Below, one piece after another: positions 20,858 to 29,787 of a DNA stretch of 64,000 bases. Source of the stretch: a virus; the IMG/VR virus record IMGVR_UViG_3300028608_000007, positions 64,001-128,000 of that record; one strand, given 5' to 3'. Under the pieces are notes generated by a model. It was not told where the DNA came from and searched no databases. It was given only the letters and a program-made list of their open reading frames with translations. A program made the position numbers and the translations under genes. Numbering within the stretch: the first letter of the stretch is position 1; each line of letters begins with the position of its first letter.

Positions 20858-21060
20858 TGTGTGATCCCCGGTCTGTGGGAGAAGTTACATAGCCAAACCA
20901 GCCAGAGGCACAACTCCGCAATTCCAAGACTTACCCAAAACCCCGAATAAAACTCAAAACGTCGCATGACGTGTTGTACGAAACCTTCTTCGGCAGGACG
21001 ACGAATCGACCAAGCCAGAGAAAGGATAACGTTGAAGAGGCCTAGGTAAATGATTTCCAT
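20854..21060 (-). CDS. small two-TM membrane protein
   Basis: 68 aa with two hydrophobic stretches. Confidence 0.6.
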   Translation of the reverse strand: MEIIYLGLFNVILSLAWSIRRPAEEGFVQHVMRRFEFYSGFWVSLGIAELCLWLVWLCNFSHRPGITH

Positions 21061-21091
21061 AGTTAGGTCTTTGGCTCCTTAGCCAGTTAGA

Positions 21092-21226
21092 TTACGCGAA
21101 AGCCTGATGCAACGCATAGCTCACGCATGTAAGGATAAACAAAAGGTTGGCTGCAACAAAGGCTGCGTTACGCTGACGATCCCGACGACGGGCGTGAATG
21201 CGGGTGACCAGAGGGTTGGCTAGCAT
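21092..21226 (-). CDS. small membrane peptide (44 aa)
   Basis: ATG one base after the stop of 21228..21497; C-terminal hydrophobic helix; the longer 118-aa track ORF is unlikely. Confidence 0.45.
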   Translation of the reverse strand: MLANPLVTRIHARRRDRQRNAAFVAANLLFILTCVSYALHQAFA

Positions 21227-21227
21227 C

Positions 21228-21497
21228 TTAGCGACCACTCGGACGTTGGGCGCACTCAAAGGTGCGGATGGTAGTGATGACGACATCGTAGCCGCCACCG
21301 CTCCCAGGGATAGTCTTTCTGGAAGTCTGCGACCAAACGCCTTCCTTACTAGTGGCACCGTAGCCAAAGAGACTTTTAGCCGTGAATTCACAAGGAATAC
21401 CAATACTGCTCTTAACTGGGAAATTCGTGGTTGATACAGCAACCCCAACTGGACTTAATACAGTAGTAGTGAGGATACCAACAAGTAGTGTGGACAT
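21228..21497 (-). CDS. hypothetical protein, possible N-terminal signal/TM
   Basis: 89 aa, AAGGA SD. Confidence 0.5.
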   Translation of the reverse strand: MSTLLVGILTTTVLSPVGVAVSTTNFPVKSSIGIPCEFTAKSLFGYGATSKEGVWSQTSRKTIPGSGGGYDVVITTIRTFECAQRPSGR

Positions 21498-21525
21498 GCT
21501 TCTTTCCTTTCTGAAGGATATAAGA

Positions 21526-21545
21526 GGCCGTCCCGAAGGACGGCC
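21526..21545 (-). terminator. hairpin/terminator
   Basis: GGCCGTCC-loop-GGACGGCC, TTCG loop on minus strand. Confidence 0.65.
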
Positions 21546-21551
21546 CAGGGT

Positions 21552-22601
21552 TTATTCGTCAGTGCCTTCGGCTTCGTAACCAATGGCGTTTTCACGCTTA
21601 CCGTTTTTGGAGATGTCGCAGTCGACGCGTTCACTGTAGTAGCCGTTGGAAGAACCCATCCAGCGAACCACGACCATACCCTTCAAACCGCCGAAGCGAT
21701 AGAAAGTCCAGGTTTCGGATTCATGTTCCAATTCGCCATCTCCGTACGTCGGTGAATGGCTGGCTGCCTCTGCAATGATCAGAGGGCGACCGATCAAGTC
21801 CATGAAGTCACCTTCAATGTCTTCGATGTAGACGCTCTCGCAGCAGTTTTGTTCGTGCTGGAACATTGCGGTGGTACCGTCAGACATTACGAACATCAGA
21901 CGGTCGAATGTCACGTCGTCGAGGTTACGTTCGATCGGTACCCCGTCGATCGTTGCGACATTCCGGTCAGGGTAGCAAACCGGCTTCTCGTCGGAATCGG
22001 TTGGATACAGAACCACCTGAGATACAACCGCACCTTTGAGCAACGCTTCGATCTTGGTGTATTCGACCTCGTTACCCTTGGTGCGACGGATGGACTCGTA
22101 GTCGACAGGAGATTTCTCTTCTACGTCTTCGATCAATTCACCTTCCAGCGCAGCCTCGACAACCGCAGGAACTGGTGGCTCTTCGTTCACGATCGGCTTT
22201 GGTTCGCCACCGTTCTCTGCGATGGTTCTGACCGCATGTCGGAATACCGCCAACTTGCGCCGTACTTCGTCTGGAATCGCCAACAGGTCAGACGGGGTAA
22301 TCACACCGTACTTGGCCAGGATGCGTTCGAGAGCTGCTTCCATCTCGATATCCCAACGGCTAGCCATGACGAGCACAACAACCTCGAACGGCGTCTTGAG
22401 TCCGAAGGCTTCTGCCACGGTAGGTTCGCAACGACACTCGATGCGGTAGGCGTCGTTCTCCTGGATGACCGCCATTCCTTCGTGACGCATCTCTTTGATA
22501 CCCTTGCGAGCAAGGACGCCCAACAGTTCGGCGGTGATCTCTTGTCCGATCTGTACCAACAACTCGTTATCTTGCATGCGTTTGATCAACTGCTGGTCCA
22601 T
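21552..22601 (-). CDS. hypothetical multi-module protein with common phage C-terminal domain
   Basis: C-terminal CCESVYIEDIEGD..ESETWTFY..VRWMGSSNGYYSE pattern (DUF7448-like, recalled, not searched). Confidence 0.75.
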   Translation of the reverse strand: MDQQLIKRMQDNELLVQIGQEITAELLGVLARKGIKEMRHEGMAVIQENDAYRIECRCEPTVAEAFGLKTPFEVVVLVMASRWDIEMEAALERILAKYGVITPSDLLAIPDEVRRKLAVFRHAVRTIAENGGEPKPIVNEEPPVPAVVEAALEGELIEDVEEKSPVDYESIRRTKGNEVEYTKIEALLKGAVVSQVVLYPTDSDEKPVCYPDRNVATIDGVPIERNLDDVTFDRLMFVMSDGTTAMFQHEQNCCESVYIEDIEGDFMDLIGRPLIIAEAASHSPTYGDGELEHESETWTFYRFGGLKGMVVVRWMGSSNGYYSERVDCDISKNGKRENAIGYEAEGTDE

Positions 22602-22619
22602 CTGAGGACTCCTAATAAA

Positions 22620-22646
22620 GGCATAGCCGGGCTCCCGAAGGAGCCC
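22620..22646 (-). terminator. hairpin/terminator flanked by GGCATA
   Basis: GGGCTCC/GGAGCCC stem, TTCG loop on minus strand. Confidence 0.6.
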
Positions 22647-22653
22647 AAGCTAC

Positions 22654-23973
22654 TTAAACGATGATGTGCGGGATGAAGCGTTCGTTCTTCCACGACAAAG
22701 TGGGCGATTCGAATTCACGAATGCACAGCGTTGCGGCAGTCGAGTCGAACATGTCATCACGGTCTTCCACTGCATCCGGCACCATGAACATACCGATGAT
22801 GAAGTTGTTGCGACCTTCAACCTGACCCGGTGGGCAGTACGCTTGGTAAACGCAGTCGTCGGTGTACGGACCTTCGGACTCGTGGACCAGTTCGTTCTCG
22901 TCACCGAACACCTTGACATTGGACGACATGCGACCAACCTTAGGCTTCTGTACGTACGACATACCCGAAGCAATGAAGTGGTCAGGCGTGGTGTAGGTAG
23001 CCAGAGTAGCTACGTCATCCCACTGGCAACCGTAACCCGCTGGGTCCGATTCACGCAGGTAGGTGATGTAGGCCCAGATACCTTTGTTCGAAGCGAACCA
23101 ACGCCAAGCAGGCTCGAGGAAGGTGACGTTGTTGGCCCAGTACTGCCAGTCTTGATAACCTTGCGGGAAGTTCTCAACCATCTCTTCCCACGGCGACAGG
23201 GCGAACACCACGTCCAGACGCTTGTCACCGATGCACCACGGTTTCTCACGACAAGCGTGATCGTAGTCGATGTCGGAGAAGTCAGCGAACAGGGTGGTGT
23301 TGTTCTGACCCAGAATCTGAGCCAGCGTTTCCGACGTCACCATGTCTTCGAAGCTGTCTTTCTCGAACAGGACGCCGATGTAGCCTGGTACCTGCCCCAT
23401 TTCTTCGAGTTCGTGGATCAGCGTATGCCAGAACATATTGAGCTGGTCTTCCTCGTCACCGGTGAACTGTTTGCACAGCTCGGTTTGGAGGTTGACCGAT
23501 TCGAACAACATGGTCGGGGTATCGCCATTGAACTCGTAGATACCTTTGACGGTTTCCGTCACTGGGTCGAATGCCGCATCGAAACGACCGTACAGCGACT
23601 GGCGAGCCGAAGTGTGGCTACGGAAGGTGTGCTTCGCGTAGTCGATGAAGAACGGGTGTTTGCGCAGGAAGTCGCAACCCATGAACTCCATGATGGTGCT
23701 ATGGGATTCATTGAACAGGCGACCTACTGCATCTACCAGTTGGGCGTAAGCACGCTCGAAATGCGTTTCCAGACCAGCGCACGATTCGTGCTTGATGGTG
23801 TAGAATGGCATCGCTTGCTGGTTGTCGAGGAAGTAACGGAAATAATCAGTTACGTCTTCTTTGAACGTCGCGTCGGCGATAGCGCCTTCACGATAGAAAC
23901 CTTGAGACCAAGGCAACTCTTCAACCATGATTTTGTTCAGGTTGAAGTCGATCTTCCTTTTCAGACATTGCAT
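22654..23973 (-). CDS. glutathionylspermidine synthase-like ATP-grasp ligase (YgiC/YjfC-like)
   Basis: YGRFDAAF, YEFNGDTPTMLFES, SPWEEM, LEPAWR..SNKG, VQKPKVGRMSSNV, CVYQAY. Confidence 0.9.
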   Translation of the reverse strand: MQCLKRKIDFNLNKIMVEELPWSQGFYREGAIADATFKEDVTDYFRYFLDNQQAMPFYTIKHESCAGLETHFERAYAQLVDAVGRLFNESHSTIMEFMGCDFLRKHPFFIDYAKHTFRSHTSARQSLYGRFDAAFDPVTETVKGIYEFNGDTPTMLFESVNLQTELCKQFTGDEEDQLNMFWHTLIHELEEMGQVPGYIGVLFEKDSFEDMVTSETLAQILGQNNTTLFADFSDIDYDHACREKPWCIGDKRLDVVFALSPWEEMVENFPQGYQDWQYWANNVTFLEPAWRWFASNKGIWAYITYLRESDPAGYGCQWDDVATLATYTTPDHFIASGMSYVQKPKVGRMSSNVKVFGDENELVHESEGPYTDDCVYQAYCPPGQVEGRNNFIIGMFMVPDAVEDRDDMFDSTAATLCIREFESPTLSWKNERFIPHIIV

Positions 23974-23975
23974 AC

Positions 23976-24581
23976 TTAGCTACTCGCCGAACCGTGGGAA
24001 GCTGCACGCGCACTGCTACCGGACATTACGCCGGTGGAGCGGGACGACATGACAGTCGAGGACATTTTGGATTGGAAGTTAGGCGACGAACGCACACTGC
24101 TACGTGCCGAGTTCATCATCATGGTGGTGTTCGCAGAACTGACGGAGTTCATGCGACGACGACGCTCGTCTTCAGCGTAGGTACTGCGACCGATCGGCTG
24201 ATAACGTTGCGAGTAGTTGTTCATACCGCCCATGCTGTTCATAGCCGAAGCCAACATGTAGCCAGCAGCCATACCGCCCAACAGAGGCCAGATCGTGTCA
24301 GAGTTTTGACCGTCTGCGGTCTCCTTCACGATGTGGACTTGTTTCTCGCCTTTCTCGTTGTACGAGAAGTAGACGTCTTTGACCGAGGGGTCTTTCGACT
24401 GAAGTTCAGCGAGGGTTCTCTTACGATCTTCCTCATCGGACGCCAGAGTTTGACGGACCTGCTTTTGTGCCTCATCTTCGACGTAAGCACGCTCTTCGTC
24501 AGCAGAGGGTTGCGCTGGTTCACAGCCAGTCAGTGCAGCAGAAGCGGCGATGGCCAACAACGCGAGTTTGGTTTTATCCAT
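23976..24581 (-). CDS. lipoprotein with Ser/Met/Arg/Gly-rich tail (YgiB/DUF1190-like)
   Basis: Lipobox ALTGC after signal peptide; WPLLGGMAAGYMLA motif; low-complexity tail; abuts the GSP-like gene. Confidence 0.75.
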   Translation of the reverse strand: MDKTKLALLAIAASAALTGCEPAQPSADEERAYVEDEAQKQVRQTLASDEEDRKRTLAELQSKDPSVKDVYFSYNEKGEKQVHIVKETADGQNSDTIWPLLGGMAAGYMLASAMNSMGGMNNYSQRYQPIGRSTYAEDERRRRMNSVSSANTTMMMNSARSSVRSSPNFQSKMSSTVMSSRSTGVMSGSSARAASHGSASS

Positions 24582-24640
24582 GGAACAAAAGCCTTGATAT
24601 AAATAGAAAGGGAAAGGGAGCCCGAAGACTCCCCGCAGAA

Positions 24641-24886
24641 TCAAGTAGCCATCGGAGAGAACGAGTCAATGACGATTACTGCTTGTCCTGGCTCTTTCAG
24701 CTTCTGGCGAAACGCAGCAATGAATGCCTGCGCGTCAAACGGAGGGATATCTTTGAAATGCTGTTCCATACGGTGTATCACCTCAGCAGTGTGCTGCGGC
24801 GTAGTGTCGTAGAAACCGGCAGTGATATCCACCTGCACTTGATTCTTGTCCCGTGTATTTTGAAACAGATCGAAGACGTTCGACAT
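24641..24886 (-). CDS. hypothetical protein (81 aa)
   Basis: ATG overlaps thyA stop (TGATG). Confidence 0.6.
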   Translation of the reverse strand: MSNVFDLFQNTRDKNQVQVDITAGFYDTTPQHTAEVIHRMEQHFKDIPPFDAQAFIAAFRQKLKEPGQAVIVIDSFSPMAT

Positions 24887-26550
24887 CAGACCGCCGCCGC
24901 TGGGAATTCGATCTTGCCTGCGTGTTTGTAACCCACCACCTCGATGTCTTCCATTTTGAAGTCGAAGATATTCTTGATGTTGGGGTTCAAACGGATGGTT
25001 GGGCGGGAGTCCTTCACAGGTTCCTGATCCAGCCACTTGAGCACCGCAGGCCACTGGTTCTCGTAGATATGGCAATCACCACCGGTCCAAGTAAAGGTAT
25101 CGGTAGCATGACCAGTCACTTGAGCGACCATGTGAGTCAACATGGCGTACTGTACCACGTTGAAAGGATGACCCAGCGGTACGTCGTTACTGCGCATGTA
25201 CAGATGCGACGACAGCTTGCGGGTTGGCACCTTGGCGTCGTCCAAGAACTGGAAGACTTCAGGGCGCTGTTTGAACTCGTGTTCATGGCGACGATCGTCG
25301 TGCATTACCGCCATGCTCAGAGCTTCTTCGGACATGTGCTCGAAGCCAGCAGGTTTATACGTACCCAGCCACTCCAGTCGCTCACGCACCGACATCGGCT
25401 TGGAGAAGAATTGACACAGAGTGTGACAAGGACGCAGCGCCATGTCTTCCAGCTCAGCCACGTTCCACGCCGTCAGGATAATACCCCGGTCGTCAGGATT
25501 GTTGGTGAGTTGGTCGATGATTTTCTGCACCTGGTCGATTTCACGCTTCACAGCGATCTCTTCGGTTTCAGTGGAGTTACCCAGCGCCCACTCGTAACCC
25601 TTCTTCTCCATCTCGCGGAACGCATCGTAGTTTTCCACGATACGGATGTCTGACCAACGCCGCCACTGATGCTGGTAGATCTTCGGCAGTTCACCAGCGG
25701 TCAAGTACTGCGTAGCCACACCCATCTGCTCAGCCCAGGTGTAGAACTTGTCGACCAGTGGAGAGTCGTCGGCAATGGTGCCAACAATTGCGCTAAACAA
25801 CGCCAGTAGACGAGAAGTGTCTTTGCCGGTGTGCTCAGCCACGATTGCTTTGAGCGTACGGTGCATCTCGCCAGTGGTAAGGTTGGCGAAGTACGTGATG
25901 AACTCAACCAACAGACCCGCGTCGTGGAAGCTGCGAGAGATCTCCTGAATCGACAGGTGACGGTATTCAGCAGTCGATGCTTTAACCCACGAATCCCAGA
26001 TACCGATTTTGTGCTTCTTGAGGAAGCGCACGTTGGTATCACCCGACAGCATCCAGAGCAGTTCACCCTTGATACCGAAGTTCCAGTTGAACTTGGTGGA
26101 GATCGACGGCAGTTGGCCCATGGAAATATCCACGGTATAGGACTGGCTATTAATAGCACGAGAGCGCACACCAGTGCGAGTCTCGCTGTCCACACCGTGT
26201 TCCATAATCCGCAGGACCAGATCACGGACATGGTCGTCCACGGTTCTTGGGCCCGACAGATCAGGAATCAACTTGCCTGGAGTCCACTGTCGTTTCATGC
26301 GCTGTTCCAGCCGCCACAGTTTGGCCGAGACCTCGGGACGGAACTCGAATGGAATGCGTGCGTTGTCCAAGGCACACATAGCGTCGCCTACTTGCATCGG
26401 GTCGTTCAGGTCAGCCATAGCCGCCATGTAGTTACCCGACTCACCCAGCAGCAACATCCGCTGAGCAAAGGTGTAGAAATTCAGCGAGCTGTTGTCGTGT
26501 TCTTCAATCAGTTTGCGTGCAGTGCGCATGCGTTCATTCAAGTCTTTCAT
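24886..26550 (-). CDS. thyA: thymidylate synthase with N-terminal extension and two insertions
   Basis: RTG, ELLWMLSG, IWDSW, QWRRW, AWN, LRPCH (catalytic Cys), YMRSND, PFN, GGDCHIYENQ. Confidence 0.95.
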   Translation of the reverse strand: MKDLNERMRTARKLIEEHDNSSLNFYTFAQRMLLLGESGNYMAAMADLNDPMQVGDAMCALDNARIPFEFRPEVSAKLWRLEQRMKRQWTPGKLIPDLSGPRTVDDHVRDLVLRIMEHGVDSETRTGVRSRAINSQSYTVDISMGQLPSISTKFNWNFGIKGELLWMLSGDTNVRFLKKHKIGIWDSWVKASTAEYRHLSIQEISRSFHDAGLLVEFITYFANLTTGEMHRTLKAIVAEHTGKDTSRLLALFSAIVGTIADDSPLVDKFYTWAEQMGVATQYLTAGELPKIYQHQWRRWSDIRIVENYDAFREMEKKGYEWALGNSTETEEIAVKREIDQVQKIIDQLTNNPDDRGIILTAWNVAELEDMALRPCHTLCQFFSKPMSVRERLEWLGTYKPAGFEHMSEEALSMAVMHDDRRHEHEFKQRPEVFQFLDDAKVPTRKLSSHLYMRSNDVPLGHPFNVVQYAMLTHMVAQVTGHATDTFTWTGGDCHIYENQWPAVLKWLDQEPVKDSRPTIRLNPNIKNIFDFKMEDIEVVGYKHAGKIEFPAAAV

Positions 26551-26559
26551 CTTCTGTCC

Positions 26560-26760
26560 TTACAGAACTTTGACGGCGGAGGTACCACGGATTACCGTGT
26601 GACCGTGCGTCGGAATGTTGTTATGGTCCATCGCCTTTACCAGAGCCTGGTCGTAGGGATAACCGTCGTTCTCGAACTTCTGAATCTCAGCCTTCCAGTT
26701 GGACTGCTGTTTGAACAGACCCAGACGTTCTTGATGAACGAGTTTACGCTTCTTCTGCAT
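26560..26760 (-). CDS. hypothetical protein (66 aa)
   Basis: GGAG SD before ATG 26760. Confidence 0.6.
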   Translation of the reverse strand: MQKKRKLVHQERLGLFKQQSNWKAEIQKFENDGYPYDQALVKAMDHNNIPTHGHTVIRGTSAVKVL

Positions 26761-27571
26761 ATTTCTTCTCCACGAAACTGTACAGGAAGTTGAAGGTTTC
26801 AAAGAACACCATACCAAGGTCGGCGTAGGTGAAATTGGCGCGAGGGACATCGTCGGAAGAACCGGTCACCAGTTCCCACTCTTTGAGATCGTTATCCCAC
26901 GTGAGGCTATGGGACAGACCCAATTCGAGGCAGAGCTTGTGGACCTCTCGGGAGAAGTCACCGAATGCCTTATGGGAAGGGCCGTCCATCTTCGGTACGC
27001 TGGTAGGCTTGGCCAGATTCCAGCGACGAGCATTCAGCCAAATCTCTGGGCGCTCAGGCGGAGTACCCTGCCAACCCAAGGTGATCGGTTTGCTGGTCAG
27101 GAAGCCCATCATGTCGAACACCGCTGTCATTGGGTTACTGCGGCTCACACCCTCAACACGAGTCAGCCAAGCACGCACCAAATCGAATTCGAAAATGGCG
27201 TAACCTGGATCGTCGTACACGAAGCAATGTTGAACCGCTTCGATGAAGTCCTGTAAGTGGGTGAAGTAGTCTTCGGTACTTTCCAGTTTGACGATACCGG
27301 TCAGTGCTGGCTTGACGTCTTTATCCGTGGCGTAGTGACCCATCGGGGAGTTGTTGACAGTTACAGTGAACATCGCCAACTGCATGTCTTTCTTGGTGTT
27401 GTAGCTACCGGTCACTCGGATCGGATAAGGCTTGCCGGACGGATCGCACAACTCGATTTTGCCGAGGTCGTTCGTTTGCCAGTCGAACTTGGTCAGGCGC
27501 TCGTCCTTGGATAGGTTGAGCAACATACCTGGGATAACGGTACCGATTTGGGTCATCATGTTTGCATACAC
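26744..27571 (-). CDS. hypothetical protein; N-terminal half paralogous to 27581..27997
   Basis: FIEAVQHCFVYD vs FLDALQACFIYE. Confidence 0.75.
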   Translation of the reverse strand: MYANMMTQIGTVIPGMLLNLSKDERLTKFDWQTNDLGKIELCDPSGKPYPIRVTGSYNTKKDMQLAMFTVTVNNSPMGHYATDKDVKPALTGIVKLESTEDYFTHLQDFIEAVQHCFVYDDPGYAIFEFDLVRAWLTRVEGVSRSNPMTAVFDMMGFLTSKPITLGWQGTPPERPEIWLNARRWNLAKPTSVPKMDGPSHKAFGDFSREVHKLCLELGLSHSLTWDNDLKEWELVTGSSDDVPRANFTYADLGMVFFETFNFLYSFVEKKYAEEA

Positions 27572-27580
27572 CTTCTGAGG

Positions 27581-27997
27581 TTAGAGAACTACGTAAGCGA
27601 CGGACTGATCGAGGATGTGGCCCATCATAGACGCCTTGTGGGCGTGTTGGTCTTTCAGGCTTTCATAGATGAAGCACGCTTGGAGCGCATCCAGGAAAGT
27701 TTCCACCATGCTGTATACGTCGCCTGGGTCTTGGTAGTTACCCACGTATACAGCAGATTCCCAGCCTTCTGGAAAGTTTTGTTCCTTAAGGACTGGACTG
27801 TAGACATTGATCAGTACAATGATCATGCCGGTGTTCTTTGGACGCGTGAAGGTTACAACGATCTCACGCGTCCGCCCTGTTTCCTCATGGTTCAGTTCAA
27901 TCAAGGGACCGAGAGGTTGCACCTGACGGAAGCCTTCGACGTTCTGCATGTGGTAACGAAGTAATTGGGGGCTCAGGGTTGTTTCTACTTTTAGCAT
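27581..27997 (-). CDS. hypothetical protein (paralog of 26744..27571 N-half)
   Basis: 138 aa, first gene after putative early promoter. Confidence 0.75.
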   Translation of the reverse strand: MLKVETTLSPQLLRYHMQNVEGFRQVQPLGPLIELNHEETGRTREIVVTFTRPKNTGMIIVLINVYSPVLKEQNFPEGWESAVYVGNYQDPGDVYSMVETFLDALQACFIYESLKDQHAHKASMMGHILDQSVAYVVL

Positions 27998-28036
27998 CTT
28001 TACCTTCTCAGGAAGAATTGACAGGCATTACTTCAA

Positions 28037-28066
28037 CTAGATGATATACGCTTGTAATACTTTTAA
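28037..28066 (-). promoter_or_regulatory. putative phage early promoter (TATATCATCTAG)
   Basis: Same 12-mer as 20237-20248, just downstream of a terminator. Confidence 0.6.
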
Positions 28067-28071
28067 ATCGG

Positions 28072-28104
28072 GGCATAAAGGTAGGCCCGAAGGCCCACCT
28101 TTAT
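28072..28104 (-). terminator. intrinsic terminator flanked by GGCATA
   Basis: AAAGGT-GGCC/GGCC-ACCTTT stem with TTCG loop. Confidence 0.75.
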
Positions 28105-28111
28105 TCAGCAC

Positions 28112-29746
28112 TTAGTCGGAAGACGACGAGCTGCTATCGGAGCTGCTGGAACCGCCGGAATCACCACCACCGACGTCAGCATCGCGATGCGGCGCTGGGT
28201 CGTAACGGAATGGAGCTTCGTCAACGTGAGCGAACTCAGGTCGCTGACCGCGAGCGTAGACCTTGTCACCAGCAACGTTGTCACCGGAACCCGAGTGGGA
28301 CTGCTGGATGTTGCGCTCGTGTGCAGTAACTGCTGCGAGTTGCAGTTCAGGGTTCAGTTCGATCGGACGAGACAGACCACGACCGATTTCCGGGTTGTCG
28401 CCGTAGTTGACGTTCAGGCCACCGTCAGCACGACGCTCTACCGATTCTGGCAGACGGACTTCTTCATCGACTGGTTCTTCGTCCAGGTCATCCGGCAGGT
28501 CGCCGTCTTCTTCCTGCTCGAGTTCACAACCGTCTTCACCGGTTTCGATTTCAGGTTCGTCAACAGCCACCGGATCGCCTTTCAGCGCAGCCCACTGAGC
28601 ATTCACCTCTGCCTTGATGGCAGCGATGGTTTGATCAGGTGCAGGGTCGGCTGGGTCCAGCGCGATCACGATAGCCTTGCGGCCGTCGATCGGGTGGTTG
28701 ATGTAACCGTCGAAGAACGCCTTGCCTTCACGTTCGGTAACCAATTCACCGTCTTCGAGTTTCCAGTTCAGCAGATCGAATTGGCTCGATTCCAGGTAAG
28801 CGTTGGCCACTTCCAGCGACAGCGGTTGAGCAGGCTGTTGAGCAATACGCTCAGCTTCCAGACGAGTAGCCAGAGCGATATCGTCTTGCTCTTGGGCTTC
28901 GGCTGCTGCCTTGGCGCGTTCTTCAGCCGCCATGCGGATCAGGTTGTCAGCCAGGATGTACGACCAGCGTTCGAGGTTGAAGCCCGACGCAGGGTCAACG
29001 ATTTCTTCCAGCGTGTGCCAGCCGACAGTCAGCAGTTCAGCTTCACGGCACTCGACGTCGATGTGTGGAGGAACACCGATCGAGTAGACGATACCCAGGT
29101 GCTGTTGGCCCACTGCGTTGAAGTCGTCACGGATGAAGCCTTCTTGGGAGAAGGTGATCGCGGTGTCGCGTACCAGTTCCTGGAAGGTCTTGCCGCCCCA
29201 GATGAACTCTTCATCCAGTTCGTCGATCAGACTGGAGATCAGAGCTTCTTTGGCGTTCAGGGTCCAGTTCGGGTAGAAGCGCATGGACTGAGCTTCAGGG
29301 TGGCCACCACCGCCGATGGAGTGGTTACCGGCCAGCAGTTGTTCACCGACCTGCTTGGTGCGCTGGTAGATGAAGAACTCGATCTGGTTTTTGGCTTCGT
29401 TGTAACGGTGGATCAGGGCGTACGGAATCGGGTGACGGAAGAGGTTGGATTCTTCCAGGCGACGACGACGGGTGATCACAGCGTCCAGCTTGATGCGCTC
29501 GAAGCGCTCGGACAGCACGTCACGGGTGTGGTCGTTGTGGTACTCGAGACCTTGGACGGTAAACTCGGCGTCGATGGAGTCACGCCAGAAACCGATGACC
29601 ATGCGGTCTTTCGGATCGACTTCCTCATGACCGAACTCAACCGGCATTTGCAGGCTGATGTCTTCGGGAGTCATGTTGTGTGGATTCGGAGCAGTGGTCG
29701 GATCTACGGCTTCCATACCAGCATACTGGCTCAGAACGTTAGACAT
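28112..29746 (-). CDS. Nudix-fold protein (COG4112-like) with coiled coil, extra domain and acidic/Ser tail
   Basis: PIPYALI, YQRTKQVGEQLLAGNHSIGGGGH, ELDEE, VGQQHLG; strongly biased codons; start ATG 29746. Confidence 0.8.
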   Translation of the reverse strand: MSNVLSQYAGMEAVDPTTAPNPHNMTPEDISLQMPVEFGHEEVDPKDRMVIGFWRDSIDAEFTVQGLEYHNDHTRDVLSERFERIKLDAVITRRRRLEESNLFRHPIPYALIHRYNEAKNQIEFFIYQRTKQVGEQLLAGNHSIGGGGHPEAQSMRFYPNWTLNAKEALISSLIDELDEEFIWGGKTFQELVRDTAITFSQEGFIRDDFNAVGQQHLGIVYSIGVPPHIDVECREAELLTVGWHTLEEIVDPASGFNLERWSYILADNLIRMAAEERAKAAAEAQEQDDIALATRLEAERIAQQPAQPLSLEVANAYLESSQFDLLNWKLEDGELVTEREGKAFFDGYINHPIDGRKAIVIALDPADPAPDQTIAAIKAEVNAQWAALKGDPVAVDEPEIETGEDGCELEQEEDGDLPDDLDEEPVDEEVRLPESVERRADGGLNVNYGDNPEIGRGLSRPIELNPELQLAAVTAHERNIQQSHSGSGDNVAGDKVYARGQRPEFAHVDEAPFRYDPAPHRDADVGGGDSGGSSSSDSSSSSSD

Positions 29747-29787
29747 GAAAGGTTCCTTTTCAGGTTTACGGTTATTACGACACAGGA

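Noticed and set aside
21092-21497. Overlapping i-spanin/o-spanin pair
   Set aside because: No lipobox in either frame; the region is better explained as an 89-aa ORF followed one base later by a 44-aa ORF.
24886-26550. dCMP hydroxymethylase or other base-modifying TS homolog
   Set aside because: It retains the dUMP-specifying Asn (PFN) and ThyA folate-site motifs, and no glycosyltransferase or other modification genes are nearby.
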